From Clostridia bacterium (GTDB lineage Bacteria; Bacillota; Clostridia; UMGS1883), in assembly GCA_045615265.1 (NCBI GenBank), contig JAZLEL010000067.1, positions 1-51,787 on the forward strand: DNA of 51,787 bases. Direction: 5' to 3'. Positions 38,454 through 47,157 of the stretch are shown one piece after another (the stretch's first letter is position 1; each line of letters begins with the position of its first letter). The notes under the pieces are model-generated. The model saw only the letters and a program-made list of their open reading frames with translations, was not told where the DNA came from and made no database searches. Position numbers and translations under genes: made by a program.

Positions 38454-39632
38454 TCATACTATATACACGCCTGCCGTAGCGTATATATGTCCGCCTGAGA
38501 GCAAAAGCCCTTTAATTTTTCTTTGTAATGATGTTTCCTCAGGTAAATCTTCTAACGGACCGGTAAAGCCAGGGAAAACAAAAAGTTTATGTTCTTCTCC
38601 GTGACTTTTTACGGGGAATCTCAAAAATTCTTTTCCAAATCCTACAATTTTTGAATTTTCTCCCAGAAGCTTTTCCAAAGTGAAATCCAAAAGCCACGAA
38701 CAACACATTAAATGATTTATGTTATGTTCAGGAAATATCTTCTTTGCCTGAACCAAAGCCGAATTAAAATCTCTTTCTACTGCTTCATGTGTTACGTCTG
38801 TATTTTTGGGAATATGTACAGATAAAACACTGCCACCTGAATTTAATACACATTCCCACTCAGATTTTTTATATTCTACTCTTTCACTTAACGCTCTGCC
38901 GTCTTTAATTTTTCGGCAAATATATAAATCCTCAGTCTCTATAAAGTCTGCATTAAATGAACCTGCCTCTTCCTCTGCACCAGCACTTCCAAGAATGAGA
39001 CCATCTTTATGGAATTTTCCCTCTGTCATTACAGGAACACATTCTTTTGTTTCTTTATTCTTAAGAATTATTGCACCAAACTCAAATTTTTTAAGCTGGA
39101 AAGTAAATCCACCGCATCTGAAAATTTCACCGTAAACATAAAGCATCGACCAGTTATAATAAACATCCATCATAGCAGGTCTTCCAAGCTGTTTTTTGCT
39201 TGAGCCGATGGCATAATAAACTTGCTTAAATGCAGTTTTAATATCCTCGTCACCGTATCCGCGTTCTTTATAAACCTCAATTGCACGCGGGAAAGTCGAA
39301 TACATTACAGGTATTGCAAAGTAGTCACGTTGTAACGACCCATCAAGTTTCGGCATTGGTGTACACCGCACTTCTGTTGTGGTAGCAGTTTTTGCATATT
39401 CACAAAAAACTTTGCCGTATGCAAAAAGCTTTTCGTCTTTTTTGATTTCAGCTATAGCATCTGTCACAATGCTATAATACTCGTTTAAAACTTCATACTC
39501 TTTTTCATATTTCTCAAAGTATGATAAATCGCAGAAAATTGAATCTTTTTCATCTATCTTTTTATAGATTTCGTCAAACTCCTTCGGATAGGAAGAAACT
39601 CCGACATAATCTGCTATTTCTTTAAATTCCAT
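38454..39632 (-). CDS. uncharacterised 392-aa cytoplasmic protein; possibly the N-acyltransferase-like NAT_N plus GNAT_C two-domain family
   Basis: It is a long ORF and the first large cistron of the cassette operon, with GGGGTG upstream. The family guess rests only on my recollection of similar Clostridia proteins (C-terminal HLMCCSWLLD region), so functional confidence is low. Confidence 0.6.
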   Translation of the reverse strand: MEFKEIADYVGVSSYPKEFDEIYKKIDEKDSIFCDLSYFEKYEKEYEVLNEYYSIVTDAIAEIKKDEKLFAYGKVFCEYAKTATTTEVRCTPMPKLDGSLQRDYFAIPVMYSTFPRAIEVYKERGYGDEDIKTAFKQVYYAIGSSKKQLGRPAMMDVYYNWSMLYVYGEIFRCGGFTFQLKKFEFGAIILKNKETKECVPVMTEGKFHKDGLILGSAGAEEEAGSFNADFIETEDLYICRKIKDGRALSERVEYKKSEWECVLNSGGSVLSVHIPKNTDVTHEAVERDFNSALVQAKKIFPEHNINHLMCCSWLLDFTLEKLLGENSKIVGFGKEFLRFPVKSHGEEHKLFVFPGFTGPLEDLPEETSLQRKIKGLLLSGGHIYATAGVYIV

Positions 39633-39701
39633 CTACTCACCCCTGAATGTTATTATAAAATGTTTATTTGGCTTCTTTAAAGAATCCGAAAGTTTCTTCA
39701 T
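39633..39701 (-). CDS. candidate 22-codon leader smORF (MKKLSDSLKKPNKHFIITFRGE)
   Basis: It is below the ORF-track length cut-off. AAGGAG (39716-39711) lies 9 nt upstream of ATG 39701. Its TAG stop (39635-39633) directly abuts the ATG of the 392-aa gene. Confidence 0.3.
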   Translation of the reverse strand: MKKLSDSLKKPNKHFIITFRGE

Positions 39702-39730
39702 AAAAGAAATCTCCTTAAACACTTGACTGT

Positions 39731-39759
39731 ATTATACTTTATCACATAAGCATTGTAAA
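39731..39759 (-). promoter_or_regulatory. near-consensus sigma-A promoter of the cassette operon
   Basis: On the minus strand: TTTACA (39759-39754), a 17-nt spacer, then TATAAT (39736-39731). Confidence 0.55.
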
Positions 39760-39764
39760 TAACC

Positions 39765-39814
39765 AAATAAAATGCACCCTGGCATACTAAATTATGTATA
39801 GTAGACAGGATGCA
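39765..39814 (-). terminator. possible terminator after the LysR gene (imperfect, large loop)
   Basis: On the minus strand, TGCATCCTG...CAGGGTGCA (one mismatch) is followed by TTTTATTT. The loop is 24 nt. Confidence 0.35.
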
Positions 39815-39843
39815 TAATTACTTTACTTAATATAAATTTTGTA

Positions 39844-40710
39844 TTATGTTTCAGATTGCTGCCCTTGAAACAAGGCACCAACCTCTATAAGCTTTTCCAA
39901 AAATAATTCGTTTGCTTTTCCCTTTAGACTTGCCTCTTCATAAAAAACACAGACTTTTCTTCTATAATCACCAATATTTTTCATTACCAAACCATTATAT
40001 TCCTGTACTTCTGATTCAGGTAAAATCCCTATACCGAACCCTTCATAAATATATTTAGAAATTTTTTCCGCATCAGACAACGTTGTTGTAAAATTCGGAA
40101 TAAAACCATTATCATAACAAATCGAACTTATTCGATGATGGATACTTGAATTCATATTTGTACATAAAAATTTTTCTTTTTTTAAATCATTTACTGAAAG
40201 ATTTTCTCTTGATGCAAGGGGATGGTCATCTCTTACAACAAGCATCATTTTTTCATCTAAAATAGTTTGTTTCAAACAACCTCTTATATAAAACAGCTCA
40301 TCAGAAATATAAAAATCAACATTACCAGAGTGTTTCACACTGCGGTATAATTCAAACCCGACATCAGGATATTGTTTTTTAAATTTTATAATTGCTTTTT
40401 CCACAAGAGGAATACATGCCATCGCACAAATAGTTATTTTGCCGCCGACACTTTGAAAATATTTTATACTGGTTTTAGCATTGTCCAAGGCTTCTAATAT
40501 ATGCAAAGCCTCATCATAGAAAATTTTCCCCTGCTCTGTAAGTTTAATTCTGTTTGCATACCTCAGAAAAAGCTCTACTCCAAGCTCTTGCTCTAAACGC
40601 TTTATACTGCTCGAAACACCTGAAGCAGGAACTTTATTTAGTTGTGCGGCACGCGATATATTTTGCATTTCAGCAGCCTCGCAAAAATACTTAAGTTGCA
40701 GAAATTCCAT
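39844..40710 (-). CDS. LysR-family transcriptional regulator
   Basis: MEFLQLKYFCEAAEMQNISRAAQLNKVPASGVSSSIKRLEQELGVELF is the LysR wHTH, followed by a substrate-binding domain. Start is at M11 of the ORF (ATG 40710), with GAGGTG 6 nt upstream. Confidence 0.88.
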   Translation of the reverse strand: MEFLQLKYFCEAAEMQNISRAAQLNKVPASGVSSSIKRLEQELGVELFLRYANRIKLTEQGKIFYDEALHILEALDNAKTSIKYFQSVGGKITICAMACIPLVEKAIIKFKKQYPDVGFELYRSVKHSGNVDFYISDELFYIRGCLKQTILDEKMMLVVRDDHPLASRENLSVNDLKKEKFLCTNMNSSIHHRISSICYDNGFIPNFTTTLSDAEKISKYIYEGFGIGILPESEVQEYNGLVMKNIGDYRRKVCVFYEEASLKGKANELFLEKLIEVGALFQGQQSET

Positions 40711-40752
40711 AGTTATCACCTCTTTTTTACATACTAGCACAAACTACTATAC

Positions 40753-41016
40753 TTGTCAAGGTATGCTAGCTGCAAAAAGCGTTTCTATGGAAAGGCAGAT
40801 TTTGTACCTCGAAAGCATCAGTCTACTAAACGACTTGCTTTTTACGTTATAGATAAACATTCTGATAAGCGTTCCTTTTCGTCGGTTGCAAGAGAAACTA
40901 ATCTATCAGTTTGTATGGTTATTCGTGGATTTGATATGATTGGCTTTATTCAGCCTAAAACATTACCCGAGGTGCTTGCAATAGATGAATTTAAGGGAAA
41001 TACCGGCAAAAACTAA
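40753..41016 (+). pseudogene. ISL3-family transposase relic (internal fragment, both ends missing)
   Basis: RYASCKKRFYGKADFVPRKHQSTKRLAFYV...SFSSVARETNLSVCMVIRGFD...LPEVLAIDEFKG resembles the zinc-finger/HTH N-region of ISL3 transposases up to the (A/G)IDEF motif. The first ~40-60 aa and the whole DDE domain are absent. The frame runs into repeat copy B. Confidence 0.65.
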
Positions 41017-41056
41017 TGCGGCAGCCTAAGCTGCCGCACCAATTCCATTTTATTTT
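41006..41056. repeat. 51-bp direct repeat, copy B; it contains the minus-strand terminator of the large SLH gene
   Basis: gcaaaaactaatgcggcagCctaagctgccgcaccaattccatttTatttt. The hairpin GCGGCAGC-ctaa-GCTGCCGC is at 41018-41037. Confidence 0.9.
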
Positions 41057-41082
41057 ACCCCAACTGTTGACAAAAAGCTTAA

Positions 41083-43578
41083 TTATTTTTCAAATGTTGT
41101 CCAATCTCTGTTTTCAGTAAGCTTAGTCCATTTTTCGTAAGCATCATTCTTTCTTACATACTCGTGGCTGTTTGTAGCTTCCTGAACTGCAATATAGTAC
41201 CAAGCTGATGTATTGGTATTATCTGTCCATACGCTCATACCATCAAGGAGATCTGTTGTATTTTGGGGATTACGCTTAAGCACTCTATTAATGAGAGTCA
41301 TTGCTTCTGCACGTGTAATGCGATTATTAGGTCTGAATGTGTTATCCTCATAACCTGCAATCCATCCATATGCAGCCGCTTCATTAATATAGCTTTCTGC
41401 CCAATGTCCGTCAATATCCATGAACTCATCTGTTACAGTATAACTATATTCTGCAAATCTTGCAAAGATTGTAGCAAATTCTGCTCTTGTAATATATTCG
41501 TTAGGCATAAACTCTGTTTCGGTGCGTCCGTTTACAATTTCGAGAGATGCAAGTGTGGAAACTGCTTTGTTGTACCAATCGCCCTCATTTACATCAGTAA
41601 ATACGTTAACATCTGTTACATTTGCATTTCTCACATCATCCTTAAGAAGTCTGAAGAGAATAGTAACAGCTTCTGCACGTGTGATATTATTCTGCGGACG
41701 AACATCACCCTCGGGGTAACCTATAACGTAAGCAAAGTGCTCATCGCCATTAAGCTGCTGAGGAACATCTACCTTGCTTACAACGCTGCTACCGTCTTTT
41801 GTCCATGCTGCATATACAGTGATATTTTCCTTCATTACAACAGAATCAACCTTCTGTGTAAGTGCCTTATCAAGATACCAGCCTGCAAAGATATATCCTT
41901 CCTTCTCAGGAACCTGTGTCAACTGAACTGTTGCATTCTTTGCAGAGTTAACAGCCTTAATAGTTGTACCGCCATTTGTTTCGAATGTCAGAGTATATCT
42001 TGCTATACCGCCGCTTCCGCCGCCGGTGTATTCTTCGTTTCTTACCTTTACAGGGTATGATTCAATGAATGTTCCTCTTTCAGCTACATCACTGCGATAA
42101 AGAACCATATATGCATCATATTCGTTAGGCAAGGAAGAATCTCTACTAACAAGAATTTTTCCATTATAACTGTCATAGGTTATATATGCACTTTCGATAT
42201 AACGACCATCTTTGTAAGTGATTTCACCGCCGGGAGTAGCTCCGCCACCAGATCCTCCACTCATTCCCCCACCGCTGCCGCCTGGAGAAGGTGCAACATA
42301 AGAAGGATCTTCAACATAGAAAGCAAGTGTAAATTTACCTGTTCTAAGTGATATTCTGTCATCAGGAATACCATAATCTGAAAGATTTTCATTTCTAAAG
42401 CTTACAGATGTTCCGTTGCTTATTCTTGCGGGGGTAGGATTGGGATTTCCAGCATTGATGGTATATAAAGTTTCGCCGTTTGAAAGGTATGTCTGAACAA
42501 ATTCGCTGAGGAATAAGTTAATCCAAGTGCTGGATGCTGTGTGTGGCGAATCTACGGCATCAACCATACGTTCAATCAAACCTTTATCACTACCATCACC
42601 CATAAGCATTTTTACGCCTGCTTTAAGGCTATCACTTGCTTGTGTATCATATTCATAAGCGGCTACTACAAGCTCACCCAAAGTATCAAAAGCACCCCAA
42701 ACAGATGAATTTCCACCTGAAACCAGAACCCTGTTTTCTACATTCGTTTTCACTGTACCAAGTGCTGCGGGGTTTTCATCAAGATACTTTTTCACATGAT
42801 GAACTATACCTTCTGTTTCTCCGGGGGTATTATTGCCAACTCCGGGAAGGAAGCTGTCCGTTACAAGCTCCTTTGTAAGCTCAGCACCAAAAAGTACTGC
42901 GAGAGTCTTCTTCGCTCTATCGTTTGCGATAAATTCGTCAAGATAATTCTCTCTCATAAATTCGCCGCTATCTGTATAGCTGGCAGTATTTTCCGCTGTA
43001 CCATCCTTGGCAAACATAACCTTGAGAATTGCTATCAAAGGCTCAGCAACGATTTCTTTTGCATTGTTCTGAACATCGACACTATTATCGTAGTTTGCCG
43101 CAGTAATGCCCTTTGTGTTTAAAAATGTCTGCACATCCTCGATGTAATTATCAAGCAAACCGAAAGATTCTCTGAGAGGAAGACCTGCAACATTATCTAT
43201 TGCTCCAAACTCTGCTTCGAAAGTCGCATCACCTTCAGCAGTTACACAAGCCGCAAGATACATTTTCTGTGCATCTGACATTCCTGTTGTGAGAAGGTCT
43301 ATTGCCTCAGAGAGATCATCTGCGGTTAATAACAGAACGTCATCATTGGCATTCTTAATTCTATTATACTGAAACTTTTGACCGTCCTGGTCGAAGATAT
43401 CAGCCTCTTTATCAGCATTTAACTCATCAAGAAGCTTTTCAGCCAAAACAAAAGGCTTATTACCTTCATAAACATCATTTGCGTTACCTGCGATATCAAG
43501 AGGTGCTGCAAATGCCGCTACGCTTGACAAAGCTATCATCGCTATTGTCAAAACCAAGCTTAAAATACGTTTTTTCAT
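41083..43578 (-). CDS. large SLH-domain cell-surface protein (unknown N-domain, Gly-rich linkers, Listeria-Bacteroides repeat, three C-terminal SLH repeats)
   Basis: It has a signal peptide (..SSVAAFA/AP) and linkers PSPGGSGGGMSGGSGGGATPGG and TGGGSGG. The Flg_new-type repeat is YTLTFETNGGTTI...EGYIFAGWYLD...VYAAWT. The SLH repeats are FAYVIGYPEGDVRPQNNITRAEA, FTDVNEGDWYNKAV and FMDIDGHWAESYIN. Confidence 0.85.
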   Translation of the reverse strand: MKKRILSLVLTIAMIALSSVAAFAAPLDIAGNANDVYEGNKPFVLAEKLLDELNADKEADIFDQDGQKFQYNRIKNANDDVLLLTADDLSEAIDLLTTGMSDAQKMYLAACVTAEGDATFEAEFGAIDNVAGLPLRESFGLLDNYIEDVQTFLNTKGITAANYDNSVDVQNNAKEIVAEPLIAILKVMFAKDGTAENTASYTDSGEFMRENYLDEFIANDRAKKTLAVLFGAELTKELVTDSFLPGVGNNTPGETEGIVHHVKKYLDENPAALGTVKTNVENRVLVSGGNSSVWGAFDTLGELVVAAYEYDTQASDSLKAGVKMLMGDGSDKGLIERMVDAVDSPHTASSTWINLFLSEFVQTYLSNGETLYTINAGNPNPTPARISNGTSVSFRNENLSDYGIPDDRISLRTGKFTLAFYVEDPSYVAPSPGGSGGGMSGGSGGGATPGGEITYKDGRYIESAYITYDSYNGKILVSRDSSLPNEYDAYMVLYRSDVAERGTFIESYPVKVRNEEYTGGGSGGIARYTLTFETNGGTTIKAVNSAKNATVQLTQVPEKEGYIFAGWYLDKALTQKVDSVVMKENITVYAAWTKDGSSVVSKVDVPQQLNGDEHFAYVIGYPEGDVRPQNNITRAEAVTILFRLLKDDVRNANVTDVNVFTDVNEGDWYNKAVSTLASLEIVNGRTETEFMPNEYITRAEFATIFARFAEYSYTVTDEFMDIDGHWAESYINEAAAYGWIAGYEDNTFRPNNRITRAEAMTLINRVLKRNPQNTTDLLDGMSVWTDNTNTSAWYYIAVQEATNSHEYVRKNDAYEKWTKLTENRDWTTFEK

Positions 43579-43632
43579 AATTTTTCCTTCCTTCTAAATT
43601 TATATATATGAATTTAATATAAACCTAGCTTG

Positions 43633-43661
43633 ATTTTACCACAATATTCTTTTTTTTTCAA
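43633..43661 (-). promoter_or_regulatory. sigma-A type promoter for the large SLH gene
   Basis: On the minus strand: TTGAAA (43661-43656), a 17-nt spacer, then TGgTAAAAT (TAAAAT at 43638-43633). Confidence 0.5.
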
Positions 43662-43683
43662 GCACTAATTTTCTATTTTTTGA

Positions 43684-43719
43684 GAAAAAATAACCTCTGC
43701 AAAATTTTGCAGAGGTTAT
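43684..43719 (-). terminator. rho-independent terminator after the amidase gene
   Basis: A perfect 30-nt palindrome, ATAACCTCTGCAAAATTTTGCAGAGGTTAT (43690-43719). An A-run on the plus strand gives a T-run on the minus strand. Confidence 0.75.
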
Positions 43720-43722
43720 ATC

Positions 43723-45483
43723 TTAATTATTTGCGATTGTTCCCATAATTCCCTGGTAAATTGCTTCTGCAATTTTTTCCTGTCCACTTGTGCTTAAAAG
43801 ATACTTTCTGTCGCTTTCATTACTGATAAATGCTGCTTCCACCAGCACTGCGGGACTTGCAGTTGTGCGTATCACATACAGATGGGAACCATTTTGAGTT
43901 TCTTTCGGAGAAAGTCCTGTCATCTCCACGACTTTCTTATAAATGTTTTCCGCAAGGATTGTTCCAAGCTCCGAAGAGGGATGATAATAAACCTGCGTAC
44001 CATTTATAGAAGCATTTTCAATAGAGTTACAATGAATACTTACAAACAAATCACAATTGATATTATTTGCAAGCTCGCTTCTTTCCTGAAGCTTAATATA
44101 TTCATCGGAATCTCTTGTATACACAACCTTGATGCCGCTTTGCTCAAGCTTTTTACCTACCAAAAGAGAGATTGCCAAATTTATTTCACTTTCACGCGCA
44201 ACGATTTTTCCGGCTGAGTTATATCCCAGTGCACCGGGGTCTGTTCCGCCATGACCTGCATCAATAACGATGACCTTATTCCCTGTGGTATTAAATCCGG
44301 GAGTTTCATCTTTGATGGGGCTATTACTCTTGAAAAAGCCTTTTTCCGCAGTATAGACAAGCTTCTTACTGCCGTCTACCGTAACAGTGCATCCGCTTGC
44401 GGAATTAGTTACAATGATTTCATAAATATTGCTATCGTGAATTTCTATCTTTTGATTTTCCAGCTTAATATTTGTAAAGGTAACGCTGTATCCGTTATTT
44501 ACAGTTTTTCCAATGCCGGCATATGTTTTATCAAAGTATACACGGCCTGAAAAAGCATCATATATAATCTGCTCGTTAGGGGAATTTTCAACACGTATCA
44601 AAATTCCCTTCGCATCTGACATAATCATTGTCTGCGAATCGCTTTTTATATCCAGAACTACTCTGGCAAGGGATTCATGATTAGAGTATCGCACAGTGGT
44701 TACGCATTTTCCGCCTACCTGCACCGTTCCGCCTGAAAAATTAAACTGTGCACCAGGGAAGTCAAAAACTACCCTGTCAGGATTTGCATATCTTGTAACC
44801 TTGGGAGAAATACCGATTTTAGTAGGAATATATACATAATCATACTTTTGGTCGGTTTTGGCATTTATCCTGCCAAAAACTCCCTCCTGGTCGGGAATTG
44901 CACCCTCATCTCCAGTATCTATTCCACCTATTATTTCACCGGGGTTGTCCTCTTTCTGAGAAATCAGAACAGTTCGTGTAGCATCGTCCCAATCAACCGT
45001 AAATCCGAGCTTTTCCGCTACAAAACGCACAGGCACCATTGATTTAAGGTTGTCGGGAGTTGTTCCGATAAGCATTGGTAAGGGCTGACTTATGTCAATA
45101 GGTACGACTTCTCCGTTTATATATGTGTTTCTGTCCCCGATTTTTACAAATACCGAAACATCACTGTTTACAATTTCAACCCTGCAAGTATCATCATGCC
45201 ATATAATCTCACTCCCCAACGCTTCAAACACTTCACGTACGGGAACCATTGTTGAGTCATTGATAATTACGGGGTGCATCGGAAGATTTTCGACCATTTT
45301 CCCGTTTACCTTAAGTCCGATTACGCCTGCGTCATAATGATGGTATTGGTCATTATAATATATCTGAGCTGCATTTACGTTAATCAATGAAAACATCATA
45401 ATTACAATAAATGCAGTTATGAAAAGTATCTTTTTCACGGTTACACCCCTTTTCGGGACAATATTCGACATTTCTTGTCGCAA
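43723..45483 (-). CDS. N-acetylmuramoyl-L-alanine amidase (Amidase_3) with N-terminal copper-amine-oxidase-N1 stalk repeats and an AMIN-like middle domain
   Basis: The stalk repeats are VNGKMVENL..MVPVREVFEALGSEIIWHDD and INGEVVPID..MVPVRFVAEKLGFTVDWDD. The amidase core is VIVIDAGHGGTDPGA...FVSIHCNS...VLVEAAFISN. Confidence 0.85.
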   Translation of the reverse strand: MRQEMSNIVPKRGVTVKKILFITAFIVIMMFSLINVNAAQIYYNDQYHHYDAGVIGLKVNGKMVENLPMHPVIINDSTMVPVREVFEALGSEIIWHDDTCRVEIVNSDVSVFVKIGDRNTYINGEVVPIDISQPLPMLIGTTPDNLKSMVPVRFVAEKLGFTVDWDDATRTVLISQKEDNPGEIIGGIDTGDEGAIPDQEGVFGRINAKTDQKYDYVYIPTKIGISPKVTRYANPDRVVFDFPGAQFNFSGGTVQVGGKCVTTVRYSNHESLARVVLDIKSDSQTMIMSDAKGILIRVENSPNEQIIYDAFSGRVYFDKTYAGIGKTVNNGYSVTFTNIKLENQKIEIHDSNIYEIIVTNSASGCTVTVDGSKKLVYTAEKGFFKSNSPIKDETPGFNTTGNKVIVIDAGHGGTDPGALGYNSAGKIVARESEINLAISLLVGKKLEQSGIKVVYTRDSDEYIKLQERSELANNINCDLFVSIHCNSIENASINGTQVYYHPSSELGTILAENIYKKVVEMTGLSPKETQNGSHLYVIRTTASPAVLVEAAFISNESDRKYLLSTSGQEKIAEAIYQGIMGTIANN

Positions 45484-45530
45484 TCCTGCCCTACTTCTTC
45501 ATTTGTAACAAATTTGTAATATTGTGTTAT

Positions 45531-46562
45531 TTATTCCCAGCTTATCTGGGCGTTGTTTTCTGTCGGTAATTGAATTTTATAGTGTTCATAAACCTTTCTT
45601 GTCACACATCTTCCCCTGGGGGTACGGTTTATAAATCCTATCTGGAGGAGATATGGCTCGTAAACGTCCTCTATTGCTGAGGAATCCTCCCCAATAGTTG
45701 CGGCAAGGGTATCAAGTCCTACGGGACCGCCGCCAAAGTTATAGATAATTGACGTGAGCATTTTCTTATCAGTAGCATCCAGTCCAAGGCTATCAATCTC
45801 CAGCATTTTAAGTGCCTTATCCGCTACTTCTTTTGTAATACGGCCATCTGCACAGACCTGAGCAAAATCACGGACTCTGCGTAAAAGTCTGTTTGCAATA
45901 CGGGGAGTCCCCCTTGAACGTGAGGCAATTTCCGTTGCCCCTTCGGGAGCAATATCCACATTCATAATCTCTGCACTGCGTGAAACAATTGTAGTTAAAT
46001 CCTCTTTTGAATAAAGCTCCAGACGGGAAATAACCCCAAACCTGTCACGCAAAGGTGCGGAGAGAAGTCCTGCCCTCGTAGTTGCACCAACAAGCGTGAA
46101 AGGCGGAAGGCTAAGCCTTACGGACTGTGCACTGGGACCTTTACCAATTATAATATCAAGCGAGAAATCCTCCATAGCAGGATAGAGAATTTCCTCCACA
46201 GCACGTGAAAGACGATGTATTTCGTCAATGAACAAAACATCCTGCGGACCGAGATTGGTAAGTATTGCCGCCAAATCCATGGGTTTTTCTATGGCGGGAC
46301 CGCTTGTCACCCTTATGTTAACGCCCATTTCATTTGCAATAATAGATGCAAGTGTGGTCTTACCAAGTCCTGGAGGCCCATAAAGCAAACAATGGTCCAG
46401 TGCTTCGTGTCTTTGGAGTGCCGCATCAATATAAATTTTCAGACTTTCCTTAACCTTATCCTGTCCTATATACTCGTCCATGGTTTTAGGACGGATTGAG
46501 TATTCCGAGTCGTTGTCACCCTCAAGCTGCCTGCTTGAGATAATACGTTCATCAAATTCCAT
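45531..46562 (-). CDS. ruvB: Holliday junction branch migration DNA helicase RuvB
   Basis: [17 protein letters not shown] is present, Walker A is GPPGLGKTT and Walker B is LFIDEIHRL. It ends with a C-terminal winged helix. Confidence 0.96.
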   Translation of the reverse strand: MEFDERIISSRQLEGDNDSEYSIRPKTMDEYIGQDKVKESLKIYIDAALQRHEALDHCLLYGPPGLGKTTLASIIANEMGVNIRVTSGPAIEKPMDLAAILTNLGPQDVLFIDEIHRLSRAVEEILYPAMEDFSLDIIIGKGPSAQSVRLSLPPFTLVGATTRAGLLSAPLRDRFGVISRLELYSKEDLTTIVSRSAEIMNVDIAPEGATEIASRSRGTPRIANRLLRRVRDFAQVCADGRITKEVADKALKMLEIDSLGLDATDKKMLTSIIYNFGGGPVGLDTLAATIGEDSSAIEDVYEPYLLQIGFINRTPRGRCVTRKVYEHYKIQLPTENNAQISWE

Positions 46563-47157
46563 TTGACATTCTCCTCAAAGCCTCTTTTATAATATCTTCA
46601 GTACTTAATCCTGTTGCATCAATCTGCATAACCGTCTTTTGTGCTTCTGACGGTGATGCACCGAGTGCTATAAGTGCATTTACCGCACCTGTATCTGCAC
46701 GAACAGAAGATGTTACGGCAGTATTTACTGCCGACTGACCTCCCACTGCATCCTGAGTATCGATTTTTCCTTTAAGCTCTAAAATGACTCTCTGTGCCGC
46801 CTTTGGTCCTACACCTGGGGCACGGGTAATTGCCTTAACATCCTCTGCAATAATGGCATATGCTAAATCCTGCACGCTTAATGTTCCAAGTATTGAAACC
46901 GCTGCCTTGGGACCTATTCCCGATATTGCAATCAGTTTATTAAAGTAATCAATCTGTTCGTTGGTAAGGAAGCCAAAAAGCCCTACTGCATTTTCACTTA
47001 TATGAAAATGGGTAAAAACCTTAACACGCTCTCCTATTCCGCCCATTTTTGCGATATCGCTTACAGGCATACTTACACTGTAACCAACACCGCCCACATC
47101 GATTATTACTCCGCTTTCACTTTTTGCAGCTATTATTCCGTTTAAAAAGGATATCAC
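46552..47157 (-). CDS. ruvA: Holliday junction DNA helicase RuvA
   Basis: MISFLNGII...[12 protein letters not shown] is the OB domain. The HhH pairs are [13 protein letters not shown] and [16 protein letters not shown]. It overlaps ruvB by 11 nt. Confidence 0.93.
   Translation of the reverse strand: MISFLNGIIAAKSESGVIIDVGGVGYSVSMPVSDIAKMGGIGERVKVFTHFHISENAVGLFGFLTNEQIDYFNKLIAISGIGPKAAVSILGTLSVQDLAYAIIAEDVKAITRAPGVGPKAAQRVILELKGKIDTQDAVGGQSAVNTAVTSSVRADTGAVNALIALGASPSEAQKTVMQIDATGLSTEDIIKEALRRMSNGI

Noticed and set aside
35603-41056. The 51-bp direct repeats as attL/attR of a prophage or integrative element
   Set aside because: No integrase, excisionase, recombinase, tRNA target or phage/conjugation genes are present. 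The only mobility trace is a dead ISL3 fragment. I kept it as an insertion or recombination scar, not as a classical integrative element.
41263-42060. A 265-aa Cys-rich plus-strand ORF inside the large SLH gene
   Set aside because: It lies entirely antisense to a well-supported 831-aa gene with clear domain structure. It has no RBS, and its odd low-complexity composition (C/I/N/F rich) is typical of the antisense frame of an AT-rich gene.
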